Of a stretch of DNA of 34,342 nucleotides, positions 27,199-34,342 are shown in pieces. A program made the translations under genes and the position numbers. The notes beneath the pieces were generated by a model. That model was not told the origin of the DNA. It worked only from the letters and a program-made list of their open reading frames with translations, and did no database searches. How positions within the stretch are numbered: the stretch's first letter is position 1; each line of letters begins with the position of its first letter. Origin of the DNA: an uncultured bacterium (GTDB lineage: Bacteria > B130-G9); contig CBDVDH010000042.1 in assembly GCA_965372715.1 (NCBI GenBank), positions 1 through 34,342 of the forward strand, written 5' to 3'.

Positions 27199-27888
27199 TT
27201 GAGGCTGTTCATAAGTTTCGAGGGTGTTGAGGGCTCCGGCAAGACCACTCAGGTGGAAATGCTGCACAACTTCCTTGTGGATATGCACGTTTCGGTGCTC
27301 AAGACTCGCGAACCAGGGGGGACTGCCCTCGGTGACAGGCTTCGCCCAATCCTGCTCGAACATTCTGATGTTCCTGTCTCGCCACTTGCTGAGTTGTTTC
27401 TCTACGCGGCCGCCAGAGCGCAGCTGGTAAAAGAAGTGATTGCCCCGGCACTCGATCACCATACAGTTGTGATCTCCGATAGGTACGTGGACTCCACGAT
27501 TGCCTATCAAGGTTATGCTCGTGCGATAGACATCGCGCTCATCGAGCGCCTCAACCAGAGCGCGACAAACGGCTGCATGCCTCACATGACAGTTCTTCTT
27601 GACGTTGACCCGGAGATCGGCCTGAGCAGGATTTCATCGAGGCCTCTACGCCTACTTGGTGGCGGATGGGACCGACTTGAAAGCGAGTCGCTCCATTTTC
27701 ACAGGCAGGTGCGAAAAGGCTATCTGCTCCTTGCGGACCGCAACAGAGATCGGTTCTTTGTGGTTAATGCAAGAGAGAGCAAGGAAGAGATTCATAGGCT
27801 GATCAAGCAGGAACTGCTCCAGCGATACCCCGACAGCTTCCCAATGGCCTTGCATACCAAACCCGCTACGTGTCTTGAACACGCCTGA
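27199..27888 (+). CDS. tmk: Thymidylate kinase
   Basis: FISFEGVEGSGKTTQ, TREPGGT, DRYVDSTIAYQG, DRLE; TTG start with GGAGG RBS; overlaps tilS 3' end by 23 bp. Confidence 0.96.
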   Translation: MRLFISFEGVEGSGKTTQVEMLHNFLVDMHVSVLKTREPGGTALGDRLRPILLEHSDVPVSPLAELFLYAAARAQLVKEVIAPALDHHTVVISDRYVDSTIAYQGYARAIDIALIERLNQSATNGCMPHMTVLLDVDPEIGLSRISSRPLRLLGGGWDRLESESLHFHRQVRKGYLLLADRNRDRFFVVNARESKEEIHRLIKQELLQRYPDSFPMALHTKPATCLEHA

Positions 27889-29296
27889 GGCTCAGAAGCA
27901 GGCCGGAACTGGCTGATTCTGTGATTCGTGCCTCGTCATCGATCCTTTGGCGCACAACCCACAGGACCTTCCCGTCCTGCCTGGTGACCAGGGGATAATT
28001 CAGCCGCTCAGACTGCGGCGCCTTCCGCTTTTTCAGGAACTCACTGACACGAACACGTTGGGTCATGCCGAGCGGAACGAAGGTGTCCTGCGGTTCGAGG
28101 CTCCTGACGATGAGTTCGCGGCCGCACGCGAGGCATACGTCAGCGTCGAGCAGGGCCTCAGTCCTGTTGGCCGGTATCGCATGAGCTGGAACATCGACGA
28201 TTCTGGCAGACATGCTGAGGTTTGTGAAGGGAATCGGAACCTGGCCGGGAACCATCAGTCCGCATCTGAACGGCGGATACGCATCGTGCGCGGCGTCAGG
28301 CCCCCCGAAGACGATTACATCTCCTTTCCGTGCCACGTTCATCCCACCAGGGAGCTTGGCTCGCGCTTGCGAGTTGCGGGACACCGCCAGGGCGGCGATC
28401 GACGCAATGTGCTGTGAATAGATGCTCTGCTCGGGGAAGTTCATTTCTGATAGAAGAAGCTTAAGGACCCGATTGCGGACCGCAGGCTTCATGCTCTTGA
28501 GTGCGTCAACCAAAAGCGCCGGCCGGCCATCCACCTCGCAGCGGGCGTCGCGATAGGCGCCTGCCGCCATCTCTTTGACGACATCCGCTTCCGCGGTCAC
28601 GATTCTTGAGAACGAGGCCAGCTTCGAAGGGGCGTGAGGCCCGAACGTCTTGACTATGCTCGGTATCAGATGGCCCCGGACTCTATTGCGAAGAAAATCA
28701 GAGGAGAGATTCGTCGAATCCTGAACGTAGTCAATGGAGTTGTCGCTCAGGAACTTGAGTAGGTCCTTCTTCGGCGTCTCAATGAGTGGGCGAACGAACA
28801 CGCCCGAAATGGCTCTGATGCCTGCGAATCCATCCGGCCCCGTGCCAGTGAACAGCCGCATGAGCAGCGTTTCCACGTGGTCATCGAACGTGTGTCCAGT
28901 CGCTATCTTCTGGGCCCCGACCGCCCTGGCCGCGTTTTTCAGAAACTCTAGCCTGATGGCCCGAGCTTGCGACTCTATCGACCGGGCTGAGACCCTTTCC
29001 GCCTCCTCCTCACTCAAGGCCCTGGTCTCAAGCGGTAGGCCGAGCCGCTTCGCCGTGCGCTCGACGAAATCCTGCTCTGCGTCCGATTCCCGTCCCCTCA
29101 GGCGGTGGTTCAAGTAAGCAAGGTGCAGACTTATCCCGTAGCGCTGGCTCTGGAGGTCCAGGATGTGGACAAGCGCTGTCGAATCCGGCCCGCCAGAGAA
29201 GGCGACCAGCACCGTATCGCCTTGGGCGAACATCGAGCTCGCGTCGATCGCCTTGATGACTGAAATCGGGACCAGCGGTGTCTTGCGCTGCAACAT
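27866..29296 (-). CDS. tilS: tRNA(Ile)-lysidine synthetase
   Basis: VAFSGGPDST, NHRLRG, TGHTFDDHVET, RPL, DSTN...RNRVR, C-terminal TilS_C domain. Confidence 0.95.
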   Translation of the reverse strand: MLQRKTPLVPISVIKAIDASSMFAQGDTVLVAFSGGPDSTALVHILDLQSQRYGISLHLAYLNHRLRGRESDAEQDFVERTAKRLGLPLETRALSEEEAERVSARSIESQARAIRLEFLKNAARAVGAQKIATGHTFDDHVETLLMRLFTGTGPDGFAGIRAISGVFVRPLIETPKKDLLKFLSDNSIDYVQDSTNLSSDFLRNRVRGHLIPSIVKTFGPHAPSKLASFSRIVTAEADVVKEMAAGAYRDARCEVDGRPALLVDALKSMKPAVRNRVLKLLLSEMNFPEQSIYSQHIASIAALAVSRNSQARAKLPGGMNVARKGDVIVFGGPDAAHDAYPPFRCGLMVPGQVPIPFTNLSMSARIVDVPAHAIPANRTEALLDADVCLACGRELIVRSLEPQDTFVPLGMTQRVRVSEFLKKRKAPQSERLNYPLVTRQDGKVLWVVRQRIDDEARITESASSGLLLSLRRVQDT

Positions 29297-29313
29297 GCTA
29301 TCAGTACTATCAC
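29211..29313. repeat. Direct repeat copy 1 (tilS 5' end plus upstream), 103 bp
   Basis: 97/103 identical to 31307-31409 by manual alignment. Confidence 0.95.
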
Positions 29314-29412
29314 ATTGGGCTCTTCAGCCACAAAGTTTCAGACCACGGACTCCGCGGGAACTGGAGAACGCTTGTCCAGAGCGACCGCGAGCGCACAAGA
29401 ACGGAGGGCCGG

Positions 29413-31199
29413 CTACCTCTTCTCCGCCCACACCTTCCACTGGTCATACCATTCCTTAAAGCGGGGCTCGTCGGGCCTGAGATCAATCGCCCTTAGATAC
29501 GCAGCCTCTACCTCCGATGTGGCTTTCGCAGCCGGGAAAGCGACTGGCCAGTTGCGACCAGCATCAGGCCCTCAAACAATTGGTTTGCCCGCGCGCTTTA
29601 GAACAATTGCGGCTTCAGCCCTGTCCTGTGAACTGACCGTTTTGGGCATAAGCTTGATGATTCTGTGGCCCTCCTCCTCCTGCCCGTGGTCAAAGAGAGC
29701 GCTTATCATTCTCAGATATGGGAGTGTCTCTTGGGACCTCTGTGGCTGCGCGCGAAACACTTCGAGGACCAGCTCGCCTCGCTTCAGCTCGTCCATCTTG
29801 CCCAGATACTCGATGAGTTGAGCCGCCAACGCGCCCGATTGAGGCTGCTCTTTCAATGCTCTGTCCATGTGAGCCACCGCGGCCGCCTGTTCTCCGACTG
29901 CCCAAAGATATGCGCTTTGCCGGATGGCGTTAATCACGCTGTACCCGGGATGGGCTGGCAGAATGGCCGTGAAATAGGTACGCCCCTCATCGAACTCAAA
30001 TGACGGCGCGGGCGAACCATTCTCCTCCATCTTGCGCCTGATCTTGGCGATGCCCGTATAGCGCATCTCGGCGAGGCGCAGCTCTTTCAGAAACTCGCCT
30101 ATGCGCCTGTTTCTGGATGGGACCTGGGGCACTGTCGCGTCCGGCAAGAGATGCTCCTTCTCTATGCCCTGAACAGGCCCCGGGTAGCTTGTTATCTTGA
30201 GGCATGAGGGATAAAGGAATACTTTCGTTGGCTCAACGGAGTGCTCATAGCTCCTGTGATAGACGGCATTCACGATCGCCCCTCCATTGCCTCATAAGGA
30301 AAAGCGACGGTTCGATCGACCTCGGCCTGTCCTGGCACCTTCCTGACGAGGACATCCACCAGGGACTGAAGATGTTGCACGGTCATCTTGACCTGATCCT
30401 GAATGGGCCCTCTTATCACCTTCTCCTCGATCAGGTTACCGCCTGCATCATCAGAGAAATGCGCTATCTCTATCCTCGCGCCCCTGAAAAATCTGTCAGG
30501 ATCGTCGCTGAAAAAGAGCAGGCCGATGTTTCTTGGGACTTCCTGGCTGTTCACACGGAGCGTGATCCGCAGCTTCCGGTACAGCTCCTCGTCGGGAACA
30601 GGCTGTGGGGCTGAGACAAGATCGCTCCTGACACCTGCAAGAAAACGGCGCACTTGAGTCGGGGAGAGGTCAGTGATATGCGCCTCAAGGGCTCTGCGAT
30701 CGTCAAAGGGTATCTTCGCGGCACTCTCGAAAAGCTGCCTTAGCAGGTCGTCCCTTGCTTCGACCGTCTGGGAACCTTGCCTGACATGATATATACGGGT
30801 TTTCTCGTCCCTTCTTGATGGCGCTTGATAGGGCCTGTTATCCCCTCCGGGTGCCCAAATGACCAGAATCCACTTATCCTGATAGACCTCCGGGAAAAGG
30901 AAGGCGGGAGGCTCCGGACTTATCCGGCTCTTGTACTCCCACGTGAGCTCGCGCTGGATAGCATCTAGGTCGAACTCATCCAGGCCTTTTGGGGGCAGAA
31001 TCGGCCTGCCCCCCTGCTCTTCGACCCCCAGAATGATGTATCCACCATTCATATTCAGAAGGTCGTTGGCGAACGCGCAGATGGTTCTAATGATGTCCGC
31101 CTTGATCTGCTTGTTCCATGTGGATTTGAACTCGACCCGATTGCCCTCAATGGAGCGGAGGTTGATCAAGTCCTCAAGATTGAACGGCAGCCCTGGCAT
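29413..31199 (-). pseudogene. Schlafen/AlbA_2 + HATPase_c_4 (RecG-C-like) + TPR-like protein, disrupted
   Basis: EGNRVEFK, CAFAN...GGYIILGV; FPYEAME|AIVNAVYHRSY split by a 1-nt frameshift near 30280; RNRRIGEFLKELRLAEMRYTGI; premature TGA at 29572 followed by in-frame SEVEAAYLRAIDLRPDEPRF to TAG at 29413. Confidence 0.82.
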
Positions 31200-31256
31200 A
31201 TATAATCCTCCCCATCACGCGGCAGCGAAGTACACATCTCTCAGTCTCCCCAACGC

Positions 31257-31285
31257 ACCATAGTCCGTCGGGCAGGGGCTGTCAA
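31257..31285 (-). promoter_or_regulatory. Putative sigma70 promoter of the Schlafen gene
   Basis: TTGACA-17 nt-TATGGT; GGAGG RBS before ATG 31199. Confidence 0.55.
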
Positions 31286-31306
31286 TCCTCATGGTCAGCC
31301 CGAATA

Positions 31307-31409
31307 ACCGTATCGCCTTGGGCGAACATCGAGTTCGCGTCGATCACCTTGATGACTGAAATCGGGACCAGCGGTGTCTTGCGCTGCAACATAGTATCAA
31401 TAGTATCAC
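31307..31409. repeat. Direct repeat copy 2 (truncated tilS start; short ORF 31283-31392 MLQRKTPLVPISVIKVIDANSMFAQGDTVIRADHED)
   Basis: Duplicates the first 86 coding nt of tilS with 2 substitutions plus 17 upstream nt with 4 substitutions. Confidence 0.95.
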
Positions 31410-31462
31410 GTCCAGATTGTTTGGCTAGGTCATTCTGGGATTACGCGCGATTCGCTGCAGAG

Positions 31463-32464
31463 CTAAGCTATCTGCAAGACGCCGGCGCCTTGTATCTTGC
31501 TCTGCTTCACGAGTAGCAGGGCGTCGTTAGCCTCCTCGAGGCCGAACGTCTGAACCTGGGTGCGGATCGGTATCTCGTCAGCAAGCCGCAGGATGTCGAT
31601 TGCGTCCTGACGAGTGGCTGCGGTAACGCTTCGGAGCGTCCGTTCGTTGTAGAGATACCTGTCGTAATCCATTTCGGGTATGGGGTCCATGAAGATGGAT
31701 GCCAGGGCCAGCGTGCCGCCCTTCTTGAGCGCACAAAGCGCGTCGAGCGTCAACGGGCCGCTTGGAGCGAAATGAACCGCCGAATCCACCTTCGCGGGCG
31801 GCTTTTCCTTTGAGGCGCCCGTCCAAGAGGCGCCGAGCTCTTCGGCGAGCTTTCTGTGCTTCTCTGTTCTGGAGAAGACATAGACCTCGCAGCCCCAGTG
31901 CACGGCCACCTGTATCGCAACGTGGGCCGAGGCGCCGAAGCCGAATAGCCCGAGGCGCTGGCCGGGTTTCACCTCGCTTAAGCGGAGCGCACGGAAGCCG
32001 ATCACCCCGGCGCACAGCAGCGGGGCGGCGTCGGCGTCGGAGAATCGGTCCGGAATGGGATACGCGAAATCCTCATCCACGATCATCTGCTCGGCGTAGC
32101 CGCCGTCAACGTCGTATCCGGTGAACTTGGCGTCTTCACAGAGGTTCTCCTTGCCCGAAAGGCAGAACTCACACTTGCCGCAGGTTCGGTACAGCCAGGG
32201 GACTCCGACTCGCTGGCCGAGCTCGAACCTCGACGCCCCGGCGCCGAGTTTGTCAACCTCGCCGATTATTTCGTGGCCGATGACGCGCGGCAGGCCTGGA
32301 ACCGCAAGCTCGCCCTCGACCTCGTGCAGGTCAGTGTGGCACACGCCGCAGGCCAAGAGCCTCACTCGAATCTGGCCTGGCCCCGGTTTTGGATCCGGAA
32401 GCTCGGTGCATGAAAGAGGTCTTTGTTCAATCGGTTTTGGTTGCTTCAGAAGCATCACTTTCAT
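31463..32464 (-). CDS. Zinc-dependent alcohol dehydrogenase family protein
   Basis: CGVCHTDLH, GHEIIG, CGKCEFCLSGKENLC, PLLCAG, GFGASAH. Confidence 0.95.
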   Translation of the reverse strand: MKVMLLKQPKPIEQRPLSCTELPDPKPGPGQIRVRLLACGVCHTDLHEVEGELAVPGLPRVIGHEIIGEVDKLGAGASRFELGQRVGVPWLYRTCGKCEFCLSGKENLCEDAKFTGYDVDGGYAEQMIVDEDFAYPIPDRFSDADAAPLLCAGVIGFRALRLSEVKPGQRLGLFGFGASAHVAIQVAVHWGCEVYVFSRTEKHRKLAEELGASWTGASKEKPPAKVDSAVHFAPSGPLTLDALCALKKGGTLALASIFMDPIPEMDYDRYLYNERTLRSVTAATRQDAIDILRLADEIPIRTQVQTFGLEEANDALLLVKQSKIQGAGVLQIA

Positions 32465-32522
32465 CGACTTCCTCCTTGGGTCGCCTACTCCACGACTGCG
32501 TTGTCCTAACGATCATCTTTTA

Positions 32523-32550
32523 CCACAGAGACACAGAGAAGCACAGAGAA
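32523..32550. repeat. Solo (CACAGAG)x3 repeat end
   Basis: CCACAGAGACACAGAGAAGCACAGAGAA; same architecture as the (CACGAA)x3 ends at 13757. Confidence 0.65.
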
Positions 32551-32594
32551 GGGCAGTGTCCCGAAAAATCAGATTGACGCCGGCGGCTCTGGCC

Positions 32595-32772
32595 TTTTGG
32601 AGTGCGGCGGCTTGACGCCGCTTTCATTGGTGGTGGCTTGACACCACCCTGTGATAGAGGTCTATTTCGAACTTGGAAGCCGCGAGCCAGAGAATAGGAC
32701 GTCCTCCAAAAGTGCTCACGCCGCGTCAGGCCGCGGCGAGCCAAAGCGGCGTCAAGCCGCCGCACTCCAAAA
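32595..32772. repeat. 178-bp REPIN/MITE-like element with perfect 30-bp inverted ends (GGAGTGCG family)
   Basis: TTTTGGAGTGCGGCGGCTTGACGCCGCTTT (32595-32624) is the exact reverse complement of 32743-32772; internal degenerate hairpins. Confidence 0.9.
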
Positions 32773-32897
32773 CCACCCATTGGGTGCAACTCACAGACCG
32801 ACACCTGTCAAACTCATCACCTCTTGGCTGCGGAAAACCGTGTCCGTCCCACAATGTCCCTTGCCGTGAATCTGATTATTGAAGGGACGTTTTTCTG

Positions 32898-32926
32898 TTG
32901 ACATGGGTCTAGGAGATCGGTATTAT
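32898..32926 (+). promoter_or_regulatory. Putative sigma70 promoter
   Basis: TTGACA-17 nt-TATTAT, about 140 bp upstream of CDS 33066. Confidence 0.65.
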
Positions 32927-33065
32927 CCTCTCGGAAGACGAAGTCTGTATCAAGAGTCAGAGAGAGACGTTGACAGACTGCCTAAACCGGCGTCCCGCGT
33001 TCGGTCTTGGGCCAACTGGCTTCCGGGACGCTCGGAACGGGCAGGACGAAAGGAGGTGAGATGTC

Positions 33066-33539
33066 TTGAAAAAGCTTTTGTTGATTGCTATTGCGCTAGT
33101 TGCAGCCGGCTCGATCGCGTTTGCCATTTCTGCTTTCACCAATTCGGTACCTTCTCCGGATTCGTTGGCGGAAGCAGCTGATGATAATGACAAGGAGAGC
33201 CGGGGCGCTAACGACTGTTTAGAGGGTTTCTGGGTCGTTACCTGTCTCCCGGCCCCGGAGGAAGGGTACTGCAGCGTTTCTTTCGGGATAAAACACATGG
33301 AGCAGAGCGAGCCGTGCTGCAACCATGCTCCTCAAGCACCGAAGATCAGGACGAATTATGGTGACTGGCTTCGGATGACGCTGCTGGACACCTGGTTGGT
33401 CGACCCCTGCGACCTGACTCGTTATACGTCGCCAACGTTCGAGCTCAAAGAAGGGGAGGAGGCAGTCGTGGAGATCGACTGCCCCGGACATGGCAGCTGT
33501 ATCTACGGGACGGAAATCATACCTTATTGCGATGAGTAA
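33066..33539 (+). CDS. Secreted, acidic, Cys-rich hypothetical protein
   Basis: AAGGAGGTG RBS, TTG start, MKKLLLIAIALVAAG signal peptide, 9 Cys. Confidence 0.8.
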   Translation: MKKLLLIAIALVAAGSIAFAISAFTNSVPSPDSLAEAADDNDKESRGANDCLEGFWVVTCLPAPEEGYCSVSFGIKHMEQSEPCCNHAPQAPKIRTNYGDWLRMTLLDTWLVDPCDLTRYTSPTFELKEGEEAVVEIDCPGHGSCIYGTEIIPYCDE

Positions 33540-33645
33540 TGAGGCATAGGCTGAGGGGGGGTGGGCCTGGCCCACCCACCACCCCTCGCTAAAGCATTAT
33601 TGGCTGACGTTGACACGTGATTGAAATCTAGTGGAGGTAGCAACG

Positions 33646-34342
33646 ATGTTCAGTGGGTTTTCTAGATTTGGACGAGTGTTGTTGGGCCTGTTGGCGCTTG
33701 CGCTGTCCCTTGGGAGCCGTCCGGAAGTGAGAGCGGTTTGGGCGCCGATAGGCCCCTGGGGGTGCTACGGAATGGAGTCTCTGGCCCAGGCGCCGGTTGA
33801 CCCGGATGTGTTGTTTGCGGGCGCCGTAGGCCTGTTCAAGAGTACCGACGGCGGGGCAAGCTGGCAAAGGCAGGAGGTTTGCCCTGGGGCGCGAAAAAGT
33901 GTGGCCTGTGTTGCAGTAGCCGGTGCGGGCCAGGGGCTGGTTGCGGCGATCTCTGGCAGGGATGTTTTTGTCTCGATGGACGGAGGCCGACTGTGGCAGC
34001 AGGTCACGGACGATGTGTTTGCCGACAACAGGGTCCACTGGCTTTCGTTCACCAGCCACACGGCGGACGGCGGGTCTCTCGTTGCCTGCACATCTGAAGG
34101 GCTGTTCGCGTCCGAGGACGGTTTTTCCCACTGGCGGCAAGTCGGCGAGGGCATTCCCACAACGACTACGATTGCTTTTTTCACGTGCACTGCTCCCGGG
34201 CAGGCCCGGTATTACTTCGCGTGCGGCAAGGATCACGGCGTCTATCGGTCGGAGCAGCTTGAGTCGGGTTGGGAGCTGCTTGACATTCCGCAGCCGGAGC
34301 TTCGCATCTACAGGGTTGCGGTCCAGTGGGGCAACCGCATGA
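33646..34342 (+). CDS. Secreted BNR/Asp-box beta-propeller protein (VPS10/YCF48-like), runs off window end
   Basis: Not in the ORF track; translated by hand, open to the end; GGAGG RBS, signal peptide, WAPIGP, repeats KSTDGGASW, VSMDGGRLW, ASEDGFSHW, RSEQLESGW. Confidence 0.88.
   Translation, partial: MFSGFSRFGRVLLGLLALALSLGSRPEVRAVWAPIGPWGCYGMESLAQAPVDPDVLFAGAVGLFKSTDGGASWQRQEVCPGARKSVACVAVAGAGQGLVAAISGRDVFVSMDGGRLWQQVTDDVFADNRVHWLSFTSHTADGGSLVACTSEGLFASEDGFSHWRQVGEGIPTTTTIAFFTCTAPGQARYYFACGKDHGVYRSEQLESGWELLDIPQPELRIYRVAVQWGNRM

Noticed and set aside
27010-27585. 191-aa minus ORF and the many other antisense or overlapping ORFs in the track
   Set aside because: They overlap well-supported genes (here tmk), lack motifs, and are expected in GC-rich DNA
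29215-29232. TTCGCC-CAA-GGCGAT in tilS as a third micro-palindrome
   Set aside because: Imperfect and encodes the ordinary TilS MFxxGD segment; probably chance, although it lies near the duplication boundary
33553-33587. Intrinsic terminator
   Set aside because: Hairpin present but no U-tract on either strand
33628-34342. Track ORFs 33628-34236(-), 33765-34190(-), 33879-34097(+), 33923-34342(+)
   Set aside because: Shadow frames of the real Asp-box gene starting at 33646

Overview
GC-rich (roughly 55-60% by eye) chromosomal segment from a probably diderm bacterium; no taxon is assigned. The core backbone is mostly on the minus strand: ABC-F ATPase, rlmN, GT-C glycosyltransferase, mutS2, tRNA-Ala(CGC), lipoprotein, Ser/Thr kinase-TPR protein, GT9, GT4, comEC, tilS and a Zn alcohol dehydrogenase. 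tmk, a C25 peptidase and two secreted proteins are on the plus strand. Small accessory modules are slotted between core genes with no integrase in view: an orphan antitoxin-like gene, an IS1595-family element (perfect 24-bp IRs, 8-bp TSD), an AAA ATPase + DUF4276-like pair, a Septu/PtuAB-like ATPase + HNH pair, and a degraded Schlafen(AlbA_2)-HATPase gene flanked by a 103-bp duplication of the tilS 5' end. Nearly every intergenic space holds short palindromic or tandem repeats from several distinct families. A tiny TTCGCC-N-GGCGAA palindrome occurs inside two genes, frameshifting the transposase and sitting in frame in the GT4. No CRISPR array, rRNA or retron RT was seen. All family calls come from motif recognition by eye, not database searches.
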